A stretch of DNA of 64,000 nt from Candidatus Binatus sp. (lineage in GTDB: Bacteria > Desulfobacterota > Binatia > Binatales > Binataceae): NCBI RefSeq assembly GCF_050013435.1, contig NZ_JBEKFG010000002.1, positions 1,071-65,070 of the forward strand. Direction: 5' to 3'. Of the stretch, positions 37,820-47,400 are shown in pieces (the first letter of the stretch is position 1; every line of letters starts with the position of its first letter). A program made the position numbers and the translations under genes. The notes beneath the pieces are model-generated. The model saw nothing but the letters and a program-made list of their open reading frames with translations, was not told where the DNA came from and did no database searches.

Positions 37820-38022
37820 TTTCCTCGGACAACCTTTGCCAGCAGCTTATCGAGTTGCTTCCTGTTATACAGCCGGTACCCATTGATAGGGTGCCTAAAC
37901 GCTTTCAGCTTCCCGGCGCGATCCCAGTTCCGAAGGGTGGAGGCCGAGACACCCAAGTACAAAGCTGCGGCCCTTACCGTAAGAAAATCGCTGAGCAACC
38001 CAGAAGGCGACTTCGCACCCAT
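37810..38022 (-). CDS. Small HTH DNA-binding protein (MerR/excisionase-type), candidate controller of the R-M operon
   Basis: 70 aa. LTVRAAALYLGVSASTLRNWDRAGKLKAFRHPINGYRLYNRKQL matches the excisionase/MerR-type HTH. Its stop overlaps the MTase start region by 10 nt. Confidence 0.7.
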   Translation of the reverse strand: MGAKSPSGLLSDFLTVRAAALYLGVSASTLRNWDRAGKLKAFRHPINGYRLYNRKQLDKLLAKVVRGKWG

Positions 38023-38026
38023 TCAG

Positions 38027-38046
38027 AACCTTATCAAACCTTATCA
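38027..38046. repeat. Tandem 10-bp direct repeat (AACCTTATCA x2; TTTGATAAGG-type on the gene strand) just upstream of the HTH gene
   Basis: Read directly: 38027 AACCTTATCA AACCTTATCA 38046, 4 nt from the ATG at 38022. It is a possible operator and/or contains the RBS (AAGG). Confidence 0.7.
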
Positions 38047-38103
38047 AACACTACAAGTCTTGCAGGGCAAGAAGACGAGAAAATAGCCGCGGCAGCGCCC
38101 GCG

Positions 38104-39171
38104 TCACTTTTTCTTTGGCGGCGACGCGGGGGTCTCCGCCGGCTCCTCGACCGCCGCGTCGGGCGGTATCGCGACCGGCCTGGCTGCCAGCTTTGCGCGC
38201 ACCTTGGCTTCGATCTCGTCGGCCAGCTTCGGATTCGCCCTGAGCAAATCGCGCGCGTTCTCGCGTCCCTGCCCGATTCGTTCGCCGTTGTAGGAGTACC
38301 AGGCGCCGAGCTTCTCGATGATACCGTGCTCGCTGGCCATATCGACCAGCTCGCCTTCCTTCGAAATGCCGGTGCCGTACAGGATGTCGAACTCGGCCTC
38401 GCGAAACGGCGGCGCGACCTTGTTCTTCACCACTTTGACTTTGGTCCGCGAGCCGATCACTTCGGTCGCGTTCTTGATCGTGCCGATTCGCCGGATATCG
38501 ATTCTCACCGACGAATAAAACTTGAGCGCGTTGCCGCCGCTGGTCGTCTCCGGATTCCCGAACATCACGCCAATCTTCATCCGGATCTGGTTGATGAAGA
38601 TCACGATGGTGCGCGAGCGCGATATGATCGACGTAAGCTTGCGCAGCGCTTGCGACATCAGGCGCGCCTGCAGGCCCATCTGCGGCTCGCCCATCTCGCC
38701 TTCGATTTCCGCGCGCGGCACCAGCGCCGCCACCGAGTCGATTACCAGCACGTCGATCGCGCCCGATTGCACCAGGGTCTCCGTGATCTCCAGCGCCTGC
38801 TCGCCGTTGTCGGGCTGCGAGATGAGCAGGTCCTCGACCTTGACCCCGAGCTTGCGCGCGTAGGCCGCGTCGAGCGCGTGTTCCGCGTCGATAAACGCGC
38901 AGGTACCGCCCGTCTTCTGCGCTTCCGCGATACATTCCAGCGCCAGCGTCGTCTTGCCCGACGATTCCGGGCCGTATATTTCGACTACGCGCCCGCGCGG
39001 CAATCCGCCCACGCCCAGTGCGAGGTCGAGTCCGAGCGAGCCGGTCGATACGACCGCGACATCGGCCGAAATCGCCTGCTCGCCGAGCTTCATGATCGAG
39101 CCCTTGCCGAACTGTTTCTCGATTTGGCTCAACGCCAGGTCGAGCGCTTTACTTTTGATCTCTATCGCCAT
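38104..39171 (-). CDS. recA: Recombinase RecA
   Basis: 355 aa with Walker [22 protein letters not shown] and [31 protein letters not shown]. Confidence 0.98.
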   Translation of the reverse strand: MAIEIKSKALDLALSQIEKQFGKGSIMKLGEQAISADVAVVSTGSLGLDLALGVGGLPRGRVVEIYGPESSGKTTLALECIAEAQKTGGTCAFIDAEHALDAAYARKLGVKVEDLLISQPDNGEQALEITETLVQSGAIDVLVIDSVAALVPRAEIEGEMGEPQMGLQARLMSQALRKLTSIISRSRTIVIFINQIRMKIGVMFGNPETTSGGNALKFYSSVRIDIRRIGTIKNATEVIGSRTKVKVVKNKVAPPFREAEFDILYGTGISKEGELVDMASEHGIIEKLGAWYSYNGERIGQGRENARDLLRANPKLADEIEAKVRAKLAARPVAIPPDAAVEEPAETPASPPKKK

Positions 39172-39319
39172 CGATTATGCCCATGCGGGATTTGTCTATC
39201 GCGATGCGAATCTTGCCACAAACTCGCGTCGATAGCTCTATCCGCACCGGCGCTGGTGTCCACAGGGGTGTTGAGAAGCTGACGACGATGTTACGAAGGG
39301 AACAAAGCGTGACACCCGG

Positions 39320-39961
39320 TTAGCGCGACTGGAACAGAAACGTCGCCAGCGCTTCGTAGCTGGATCCGCCGGGCCCGAGATGGCTGCGGTAGAGCGTGAT
39401 CGATTCGATCCTCGAGACGCCGAACTCGCGGTCCCGCGCCGCGTGTAGCGCCTGGCGAATTTTCGCCGCGATCGGCTGATCGCCAACCCGCCCGATCGTC
39501 AGATGCCCGCTCCAGCGCCGCTTCTCGCGCTCGAATCCATAGTCAGCCGCGACCGTCTCCACCCGCGCGGCGAGCGCGGCAAGCACCCCCGATTCCACGC
39601 TATGCAATCCCACCCAAATCGTGCGCGGATGCTCGAGGTCGGGGAACGCGCCGACTCCCGCCGCGGCGACCTCGAATGGCGCCGTCCTGGCCGCAAGCTG
39701 ATGAAGCCCGGCGGTGAGCCGCTGCAATCGATGCGAATCCACCGCCGGTCCCAGAAACTTGAGCGTGATATGCAGATTTGCCCGCGGCACCCATCGGACA
39801 CCGTCGCGTGGACGCTTCAGCTCGCCGATCGTCTCCGCCACCGACTCCTCGACCTGCTCGTTCATCCGGACTGCGACGAACGCGCGCACTCTCCCGGCTT
39901 CGCGATCCCCGAGGTCGTCGCGCAGATGCGCTGGCGCCTGATCTTCCGCCCAATGCGTCAT
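39320..39961 (-). CDS. thpR: RNA 2',3'-cyclic phosphodiesterase (2H phosphoesterase, LigT/ThpR)
   Basis: Two HxT/S motifs: LHITLKFLG and HLTIGR. Confidence 0.8.
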   Translation of the reverse strand: MTHWAEDQAPAHLRDDLGDREAGRVRAFVAVRMNEQVEESVAETIGELKRPRDGVRWVPRANLHITLKFLGPAVDSHRLQRLTAGLHQLAARTAPFEVAAAGVGAFPDLEHPRTIWVGLHSVESGVLAALAARVETVAADYGFEREKRRWSGHLTIGRVGDQPIAAKIRQALHAARDREFGVSRIESITLYRSHLGPGGSSYEALATFLFQSR

Positions 39962-39977
39962 TCGATCCCGCTTGAAA

Positions 39978-40619
39978 TCAAGTTGAGCCGCCCGATCCTT
40001 CGTCCAGGGCCCCGCCGACTCCTACCGCCAGTTCATGCTCGACCAGCGGCAGCCGATCGTTGCCGAAGAACATCGAACCCTCGACGAACATCGTGGGCGA
40101 TCCAAAACCGCCGCGCGCGATCAGCTCCTCGACGTTCTGGCGCAGCTTGGCCTTGTACTCATCGGATGCGATCTTGGTGAAAAATTCTTTTTCGTCGAGG
40201 CCCGTTTCGCGCACGATTTCGCGCAGTACGTCGTCCTTGCTGATGTCCTTGTCGTCCGTCCAATAGCTCTCAAACACGCGCCTGGAGTAACGCGAGATCA
40301 CCCGATGCTCGTCGGCGACGAACGCGCCACGCATCGCCTTGACCGAATTGACCGGGAACACCGTGGGGTTGCCGATCTTGAGGCCGTAGAATCGCGCCCA
40401 ATCGGCCAGATCCTTGACGTAGTACCGGGCCTTGACCGGGACCGGCTTGGCGCGGCTTTCGTACACCGAAGGATTGACCGTGTTGAACAGGCCGCCGACC
40501 AGGATCGGCCGCCAGATCAGTTCCGCATCGTGGCGTCGCGCGACGTCCTCGATCTTGGTGAACGCCAGGTACGTCCACGGGCTGGAGCAGTCGTAAAAAA
40601 ATTCGAGCTTCTTGGGCAT
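39978..40619 (-). CDS. 2-hydroxychromene-2-carboxylate isomerase / DsbA-like (kappa-GST) family protein
   Basis: 213 aa with LEFFYDCSSPWTYLAF and GGFGSPTMFVEGSMFFGNDRL, typical of the HCCA isomerase family. Confidence 0.8.
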   Translation of the reverse strand: MPKKLEFFYDCSSPWTYLAFTKIEDVARRHDAELIWRPILVGGLFNTVNPSVYESRAKPVPVKARYYVKDLADWARFYGLKIGNPTVFPVNSVKAMRGAFVADEHRVISRYSRRVFESYWTDDKDISKDDVLREIVRETGLDEKEFFTKIASDEYKAKLRQNVEELIARGGFGSPTMFVEGSMFFGNDRLPLVEHELAVGVGGALDEGSGGST

Positions 40620-40667
40620 CGTCCGATTCCCCCCAACTCATAGTAGCTCAGTCAACCCGCGGAACCA

Positions 40668-41672
40668 TCACTTCTGCGCACTCTCGACTCCGCCCTTGCC
40701 ATCGATCTTGATCAAATCCGCCCGCACGTACCCGATGAACGCCTGCGCCTCGATTCGCAGCGGCAGGTGGCGCTCGTCCGCCGATATCCACAACACCGTC
40801 CCGTGCGCCTGGCTGCGCAGCAAGCCGTCGCTGACGTACCAGACGTCGGGCACGATGCGCCACGCTTCAAAGTCGCCGAGTGCGAGGTGAATCTTCTCCC
40901 GCTTTTCGACCTCGAATGCGAAGACATAGCGCTGGCTGCCGCTGAACACGTCGAACGCATAGGTCTTGCCCGGCTCGAGGTTCTGCGTCAGCGCCATCAT
41001 CGCGCCCGATATCGGTCCCCACGGATCTGACGCGATGAATTCCTTGCTCTGCGTTCCCTTGTGATTCTTCTTGGTCATCGTGACCGTCTGCGCGGGCCGA
41101 TCGATCGTCACGTCGTAGTAATTGAGCCGCGATTTTTCGTGCTGGACCAGATAAACACCGCTGGTGTGGAGCGTGTCGTCGGCCATGCTCTCTCGCATGT
41201 AGTCGCGCATCTTGTAGAACAGATCGGCAAACGGGTTGGTCTCGATCCAGATTTCCCCGGTCCATCGCGAAGGATTTTTTTGTGGTTTGTGGAACTCGAG
41301 ACGCGCCTGCGCCGCCGGAATCCCGACCCACGACGCTTGGTAGATCAACTGCTCGCCGTCGTGAAACGGTATCGGCCCCGGTTTGTACGCCGGGACCTTC
41401 GCCTTGACCTCGGGCGGCAGCGCCATCGGGGTCGGCGCCGGAGTCGGCAGATGGCGATGCTTGTGAAAGGGCGGCGCCGGCTGAGGCTGGGCCGGCGGAT
41501 CCGAATCCGATGGCCCGGATGCCAGTATCGGCCCCGCGATAGCGCCCGCGCCGGTGGCGACTATCATGAGCATGAACGCGGCGACTATAATGCTCGCCAG
41601 CGCACCGGCATGAGCGTTAGCGCGCCGTGGCCGGGCGGCATGCTTCCTTGCAATACCTGTCATAATCACCAA
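40668..41672 (-). CDS. DUF3108-like secreted protein
   Basis: 334 aa with an N-terminal TM/signal and a Pro-rich linker, followed by GEQLIYQASWVGIPAAQARLEF... and a beta-rich body, as in DUF3108. Confidence 0.5.
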   Translation of the reverse strand: MVIMTGIARKHAARPRRANAHAGALASIIVAAFMLMIVATGAGAIAGPILASGPSDSDPPAQPQPAPPFHKHRHLPTPAPTPMALPPEVKAKVPAYKPGPIPFHDGEQLIYQASWVGIPAAQARLEFHKPQKNPSRWTGEIWIETNPFADLFYKMRDYMRESMADDTLHTSGVYLVQHEKSRLNYYDVTIDRPAQTVTMTKKNHKGTQSKEFIASDPWGPISGAMMALTQNLEPGKTYAFDVFSGSQRYVFAFEVEKREKIHLALGDFEAWRIVPDVWYVSDGLLRSQAHGTVLWISADERHLPLRIEAQAFIGYVRADLIKIDGKGGVESAQK

Positions 41673-41702
41673 TAATTCTGGCCGATTGCAGAGGTGCGGG
41701 AA

Positions 41703-42491
41703 ATGACTATCACGCGAAATTTATTTGCTGTCTTCGCGCTTGGCGTCGCTCTTGCCGTACCGCACCTCGCCTTTGCGCAGTATGGCGGTCAGGGATTGGG
41801 CAGCGCTCTCAGTTCCAGTCCAATGTCGCATCAGGGGCAAGTGAAACCCGGCGTTGACGATATGCAGAATCGCGCGACCGAGGAAACGCCGTTCAAGATC
41901 ATCAAGGACGTAAAGCTGGGCCTCAAGGACGCCGACCCCGCCGTGCGCGTCTCCGAGCTGTTGAAACTCCGCTATCTGAAGGATCCGGAAGTCAACCAGA
42001 TCCTGATGACCTCGCTGTCCGACCCCGACGCGCGTGTCAAGATCAAGGCCGTCGACATCCTCGGCGCGCGTGAAGCCAATGAGTCCGTGCCGCCGATGTC
42101 CTCGATGCTGTTCCTGCGTTCCACCGAGCCCATCGTCAAGCTGCATCTGGTGGCGGCGCTTGGCAGGATCGGCGATGCGCAAGGCGTGATGCCGGTCATG
42201 CAGTATCTCGGCCAGGATCAGGACGAGCGCGCCCGCGGCACCGCCGTCTTCGCCCTTGGCGAGATCGGAAGCGACAAGGCCGTCTCGCTGCTGAACACGG
42301 TCGCTGCCGAGGATCAAAGCCCGATGGTCCGTCGGCTGGCGAAGGAAGCGCTGCAAAAGGTCAGCGGCCAGTTGCCGACCGAGCGCGCCAAGACAGTGGC
42401 TTCCGATTCGAACAAGCAGAACGAGCCGACCGATCAGAAGCTCGCCAAACTGCGCGAGATGGACAAGAAGATGCAGGACTCGGAGCGCTGA
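41703..42491 (+). CDS. HEAT-repeat protein, secreted
   Basis: A signal peptide (ITRNLFAVFALGVALAVPHLAFA) is followed by repeated D..VR..A...LG units (DPAVRVSELLKL, DPDARVKIKAVDILG, ERARGTAVFALGEIG, SPMVRRLAKEAL). Confidence 0.7.
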   Translation: MTITRNLFAVFALGVALAVPHLAFAQYGGQGLGSALSSSPMSHQGQVKPGVDDMQNRATEETPFKIIKDVKLGLKDADPAVRVSELLKLRYLKDPEVNQILMTSLSDPDARVKIKAVDILGAREANESVPPMSSMLFLRSTEPIVKLHLVAALGRIGDAQGVMPVMQYLGQDQDERARGTAVFALGEIGSDKAVSLLNTVAAEDQSPMVRRLAKEALQKVSGQLPTERAKTVASDSNKQNEPTDQKLAKLREMDKKMQDSER

Positions 42492-42544
42492 CCGCGCCCC
42501 TGCCCCCCCGCGATTGCTCCCGTTCTTGCAGCGCGCCGGCGCGT

Positions 42545-44176
42545 CTATCCTCGGCCGATCCATTCGCCGGCCATCACGCCGTCGCCGCACCACTTGCCGT
42601 CGGCGACCACCGCGCTTCCATTGACCATCACATGCTCGATTCCAACCGGCGCGACTGTCGGCGTTCTGGAATCCGCGGCGCATCTGATCGTTTCCGGATT
42701 GAATATCACCAGGTCCGCGGCGTATCCCGGACGCACCAGGCCGCGCCCGCCGAGCCGCATCCGCTTCGCCGCCATCCCGGTCGCCTTGTGAACCGCGTCT
42801 TCGAGCGTCAGCAGTTTCAACTCGCGCACATAATGCCCGAGGATTCGCGGGTAGGTGCCGAAGCTGGCGGGATTGTGATGTCCGTACGAAGTCAGAATCG
42901 TGTCCATCTCGAACATGTTCAGCGGATGCTTCATCGCTTCCCGCAGCGCACGCTCGTCGCCGTAGTCGTCGCCGCTGTATAGATGGTTCAGCACGCGGGC
43001 GCGCGTCCCGCTCTCACGCGTGATCGTCAGGTACGCATCGATCGGATCGAGCTTCAGTTCATCGGCAATCTGGCCGAAGAACTTGCCCTCGAGATGACTG
43101 AGTTCGGGCTTGACCGCCCACATGAGCTGAACCGCGTCGGCGATGAACGGCGCGAGCGGGCGGAATCCGGCGCGCAATTTCGCCCAACCCTCCGATGAAT
43201 CGAGCAAGCCCTCGAGGCCCGTTTGCGCCCACGCCGGAAAAATGACCCGAATCGTCGTGTTGCCGCAGGTGTAAGGGAAAGTGTCGAACGCGATATCGAC
43301 GCCGTCGCTCTTGTGACGCTCGACTTCGGCAATCGTGTCATCGACAGTCGCCCAGGTTTGCGGGCCAACGAAAATCAGATGCGAAACTTGCAGCGGTACG
43401 CCCGCCTCGCGCGCGACGTTGGCCATCTCGCGCACGGCCAGGATGTTGTGTGGAACCGTCCGGCTGTCGAAGAACAACGAGCGCTCCGTGTATGCGCGCA
43501 GATGCGAGGTCAGCACGCCCCCGGCCGCCGCAGCCACCCGGGCCAGCGATCCCAGCTCGGCCGGCTTGGCGATCATCCCCGGAAAATAGCCAAGCCCGCA
43601 CGAAAGCCCCACCGCGCCATCGGCCATCGCGCCTTCGACCATCGCCTGCATTGCGCGCAACTGCTGGGCCGACGGCTCTCCGGCGTCCGAGCCCATCACA
43701 CTCAGGCGGATACTGCCATGCCCCGCCAGATGCGCGACGTTGAGCGCGAGCCCGCGGCGCTTCAGATACGCGGCGAAGCCCGCCACGTCTTCCCATTCCC
43801 AATCGAACTTCCGCTCGGCGCATAGGCGGCCCGACTCGTCGAGCATCCGATTCCGCTCGCGCATCACCGGCGCCACCGAGAAGCCGCAATTGCCGCCGAC
43901 AAACGTGGTCACGCCTTGCAGCAGAAATGGCTTCAGGATTTTCCCGTGATCGGCAACCGGCAGAACCCAGTCGGAGTGCGAATGCATATCGATGAAGCCC
44001 GGCGCGATCGCGAGTCCGGTCGCATCGATTTCGCGCGCCGCGGAGGCGCTCGGGGCGTCGGCCGGATCGATCAGCGCGGCTATTTTGCGATCCTTGATTG
44101 CCACGTCGGCGCGGTAGCGCGGCGCGCCGCTGCCATCGACCACGACGCCGTTGCGGACGACTACGTCATATTTCAT
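42545..44176 (-). CDS. N-acyl-D-amino-acid deacylase (D-aminoacylase) family amidohydrolase
   Basis: 543 aa with YDVVVRNGVVVDGSG, the metal motif GFIDMHSHSD and PGYAADLVIF at the C-terminus. Confidence 0.75.
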   Translation of the reverse strand: MKYDVVVRNGVVVDGSGAPRYRADVAIKDRKIAALIDPADAPSASAAREIDATGLAIAPGFIDMHSHSDWVLPVADHGKILKPFLLQGVTTFVGGNCGFSVAPVMRERNRMLDESGRLCAERKFDWEWEDVAGFAAYLKRRGLALNVAHLAGHGSIRLSVMGSDAGEPSAQQLRAMQAMVEGAMADGAVGLSCGLGYFPGMIAKPAELGSLARVAAAAGGVLTSHLRAYTERSLFFDSRTVPHNILAVREMANVAREAGVPLQVSHLIFVGPQTWATVDDTIAEVERHKSDGVDIAFDTFPYTCGNTTIRVIFPAWAQTGLEGLLDSSEGWAKLRAGFRPLAPFIADAVQLMWAVKPELSHLEGKFFGQIADELKLDPIDAYLTITRESGTRARVLNHLYSGDDYGDERALREAMKHPLNMFEMDTILTSYGHHNPASFGTYPRILGHYVRELKLLTLEDAVHKATGMAAKRMRLGGRGLVRPGYAADLVIFNPETIRCAADSRTPTVAPVGIEHVMVNGSAVVADGKWCGDGVMAGEWIGRG

Positions 44177-44230
44177 GAACGGGATTATTCGCGAATCGTG
44201 GCGCGCAGCGCAAACCCGCGCCTGCGCGGA

Positions 44231-45532
44231 TTACACCTTGATCAATCCATCGACATGGCCGGTGGAACGTGGACGTCCCGGGAATACTCGATCGATCTGC
44301 GCATCAGAGAACTGCATGTGCGATCGCAAGACGGCCGCGATCGGCTCGCGAAAGTCGGTCGTGATCGCCAGGTCGCGCTCCTGGTACAGGCTCCCCGGCG
44401 ACAGACCCGGCCACTTTCCGTAAACTTTTCCGCCCTTCACCGGCCCGCCCATCACCCACATCACGTTGCCGTGCCCATGATCGGTTCCGCCGTTGCCGTT
44501 CTCGTGCATGGTGCGGCCGAACTCCGAAATCACCAGGATGACGGTGTCCTGGTAGCTCGGCCCAAGCTGCCTGGCCAGGCTCGCCAGCCCTTCGCCGAGC
44601 GGCTTGAGATGTCCCGCGAGCTGGCCGTTGGCGGAGCCTTCGCTGATATGCGTATCCCAGCCGCCAAGCGCCATGAATGCGACGCGAATCGTGGGATCGC
44701 GGCCAATCAGACGCGCCAGTCGGTCGGTGTCGTCGGAAAATCCAGCCGGCGAGGGCGCGCCGCCATTGGCCTGCGCCATGTCACCCGCCAGTTCGCTCAT
44801 CAGGCGCATCCGTGCCTCGCGTCCGTCGCGATAGGCGCGGCTGATCGAGTCGTTGCCTGCGTAGAGCCGATCGAAGGCCGCTTCGATCACCGGCCGGTCC
44901 ATCGGCATCGGCCGCTCCGCTGCCCGCCCCAGTGCGACATTCGCGACCGGCAGCTTGCCGCTTAGAATTCGCGGTACCGTCGGACCGAGACTCAACGCCT
45001 CGGTCGGGCCATGCGTACCTGGAATCACCGCCAGCGCTCGATTCAGCCATCCATCCTGCGTCGACTTGATGCCGGGGGTGCCACTCTCCATGAAGTCCTG
45101 CGCGTCGAAATGCGATCGCGTCGGATCCGGCGAGCCGCATGCATGCACGAACGCCAGCGTGCCGTCGCGCCATTGGCTCTCCAGCGGTGCGAGCGCGGGA
45201 TGCAACCCGAAATGGCCGTCGAGATCGACGAGCCCGCCGTCCGCGCCCATGCGTCCGATCGCGATTGTCGGGCGCGCGTCGTAGTACGCCGGCTCGCCAT
45301 GCGGCACGACCACGTTCAGGCCGTCAACCGCGCCGCGCAGGAAGACTACGATGAGCCTTCGCTTGCTGGCGCCGTCGAGCGAGCGCGCCGCCCATGCGTG
45401 CGGGCTCAGCAACACGATTCCCGACGCCGACAGAATCGCCGCGCGGCGCATGAACGCCCGCCGGCTGAAAGAAGCCGCCGGGCCGGGACTGCACACCACG
45501 CATCCATCGATAGGTTGGAGTTTTTTTCCCAT
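44231..45532 (-). CDS. DUF1501 domain protein (sulfatase-like fold), Tat signal
   Basis: Twin-arginine signal SRRAFMRRAAILSASG, a GGWDTH motif and a TEFGRT-like ISEFGRT, GGTDHGHG. Confidence 0.8.
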   Translation of the reverse strand: MGKKLQPIDGCVVCSPGPAASFSRRAFMRRAAILSASGIVLLSPHAWAARSLDGASKRRLIVVFLRGAVDGLNVVVPHGEPAYYDARPTIAIGRMGADGGLVDLDGHFGLHPALAPLESQWRDGTLAFVHACGSPDPTRSHFDAQDFMESGTPGIKSTQDGWLNRALAVIPGTHGPTEALSLGPTVPRILSGKLPVANVALGRAAERPMPMDRPVIEAAFDRLYAGNDSISRAYRDGREARMRLMSELAGDMAQANGGAPSPAGFSDDTDRLARLIGRDPTIRVAFMALGGWDTHISEGSANGQLAGHLKPLGEGLASLARQLGPSYQDTVILVISEFGRTMHENGNGGTDHGHGNVMWVMGGPVKGGKVYGKWPGLSPGSLYQERDLAITTDFREPIAAVLRSHMQFSDAQIDRVFPGRPRSTGHVDGLIKV

Positions 45533-45541
45533 TTTAAACTC

Positions 45542-47212
45542 TCAGCGCTTCATGAACTCGGGACTGCCTAGTATCAGCGGTGCGCGAAGTTGCGTCGGCG
45601 ACGCCTCCACGGCGTTGGCCGTCGACGGTGAAAAATAATTGCCGAGCGTAGCCGCAAGTTGCGCGGGATCGGGTGGCGTCATCTTGGGTCCGTGCGGCCC
45701 GGCGTCGAACTTGATGTTCACTTTGCCGGCGCCATTCCTGGGGACCGCCGCCGGCTCGCGGCGCATCGCACCACCGCCCGCGTTTTCTTCGAACGGCGGA
45801 TTTTCCAGCGGCAGATTGCCCGAGCCAAGCGCCGTGGCAAAGCTGAGCCGCGTCATCATCGCGCCGGGATTGAGCCACGCGTCCTGCGTGTTGGCGTAGC
45901 CGTTGGGCGTCTGACATCCGTACAGCGGCATCCCGAGAATCTGCATCGTGCCGTACAGCGGCCGGTAATTGCGCACAGGCACGCCCGTCGCGCGCACGCA
46001 CGAGACCACGTACTCGTAGGGCGTTTTAAATTTGGCGCCGTAGTATCGGGGGTCCCGGAATTCCGCGCTCGTGAACATCGTCTCGAGCACCGCGCGAATC
46101 TCGCCGTCGGTCGCGAGGTAGCGATCCGCCATCCGGCTCACCAGCGCTTTGGGTGGATCGTCGGCGACGAAGTACTGCGCAAGCTTGAAGCTCAGATGCT
46201 TCGCCGTGGCGGCACTGCTCGCCAGGATGTCCAGCGCATGCTCGCCCTCCGCGATTCCGCCGCCTTCGATTTCCTGCCCCAAAAAATTCTTGCTCGAGAA
46301 ATCATGGCGCTGGGCGTCGAAGTAAAAGCCGCTCGGATCGACCGGCGCCGCGCCCGGCCGCCTGAAGTTTTGCCGACGCCGCATGAATGGAAAAAATCCG
46401 CCCATCCCGGCGCCTTGCATGCCCGCGGCGCCGGGCCTGCGATTTCCGCCGCCACCACCGCCGCCCTTGGGAAGTCCCCATCCCGTCAGGATATGCGCCA
46501 GCGCGATTACGTCGGCCTGCGAGTATCCGCCGTTGACGCCCAGCGTATGCAGTTCCATCAGCTCGCGCGCGTAGTTCTCGTTTATTCCCTCGAACTTCCC
46601 CTTCGAGCCGGCGCTGCCGGGCGCAGTGTTCTGCCAGTTGTCGAGGTAGAAAAGCATCGCCGGATGATGCGCGGTCGCGCCCAGCAGCGTGCGGAACTTG
46701 CCCATCGTATGCGGCCGAATCGCAGTCTCCTCGAACACACCCGTCCAGATGTTGTCCAGCCCCTTGCCGGCGAAGATGTTGAAGTGGTTGAACCAGAACG
46801 CGGTCATCACTTCCTGCAATTGGCGCGGCCCTTCGATCGCGCGGATCATCCGCGCCTCGACCGCCTCGCGCATCACGATCCGCTGCTGGATTCTCAAGTC
46901 TTTGGTCGCGTCCTTTATCGCCGCCTTGTTGCCGCCGCTCTCGGCCCTGGCGTCCCTGCGCGCCTCCATGATCGGCCGCTGATATTCGACGAACAGCGCG
47001 ATCGGAGACCTGTGGATCGTGCGATATTGGTTGACGCGCTCGATCAGATCGCCGGGAATCGCTATCGACTCGGGATGCAGTTGCTCCTGCACATAGCGTC
47101 CGGGTCCCATCGCGCTGACGCGCTCGAAGTCGCCCGGCCGCGGACCGAACCCGACGCGGTTCAGTACGTGCAGAATCCGGTCCCGCTTTGATTCTTCGGC
47201 TGATTCCACCAC
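45542..47212 (-). CDS. DUF1800 domain protein
   Basis: 556 aa with HVLNRVGFGPRPGD, FWFNHFN and ELMELHTLGV, the usual partner of DUF1501. A 9-nt gap separates them. Confidence 0.8.
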   Translation of the reverse strand: MVESAEESKRDRILHVLNRVGFGPRPGDFERVSAMGPGRYVQEQLHPESIAIPGDLIERVNQYRTIHRSPIALFVEYQRPIMEARRDARAESGGNKAAIKDATKDLRIQQRIVMREAVEARMIRAIEGPRQLQEVMTAFWFNHFNIFAGKGLDNIWTGVFEETAIRPHTMGKFRTLLGATAHHPAMLFYLDNWQNTAPGSAGSKGKFEGINENYARELMELHTLGVNGGYSQADVIALAHILTGWGLPKGGGGGGGNRRPGAAGMQGAGMGGFFPFMRRRQNFRRPGAAPVDPSGFYFDAQRHDFSSKNFLGQEIEGGGIAEGEHALDILASSAATAKHLSFKLAQYFVADDPPKALVSRMADRYLATDGEIRAVLETMFTSAEFRDPRYYGAKFKTPYEYVVSCVRATGVPVRNYRPLYGTMQILGMPLYGCQTPNGYANTQDAWLNPGAMMTRLSFATALGSGNLPLENPPFEENAGGGAMRREPAAVPRNGAGKVNIKFDAGPHGPKMTPPDPAQLAATLGNYFSPSTANAVEASPTQLRAPLILGSPEFMKR

Positions 47213-47283
47213 GACCTGCCTCTCTCGACGACGGCCTGTCTGTCTCGATTATTTAGTACGAACGCGCGCCCGCGCGGATTCAG

Positions 47284-47394
47284 GCAGGGGTGACCCCTGC
47301 ACCCAATGTTAAGGCCGCGCTCCGTTGTCGCGCGCGGCCCCTGCCAACGGCTTAATACTGCGCTGCCGTCGCCACGCCCAGGGCTCAGCCCTGC
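47284..47394 (+). repeat. ~111-nt structured intergenic repeat, copy C
   Basis: Near-identical to 34992-35102 over the first ~95 nt. The 3' palindrome is degenerate (CAGGGCTCAGCCCTG). Confidence 0.85.
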
Positions 47395-47400
47395 CCATCA

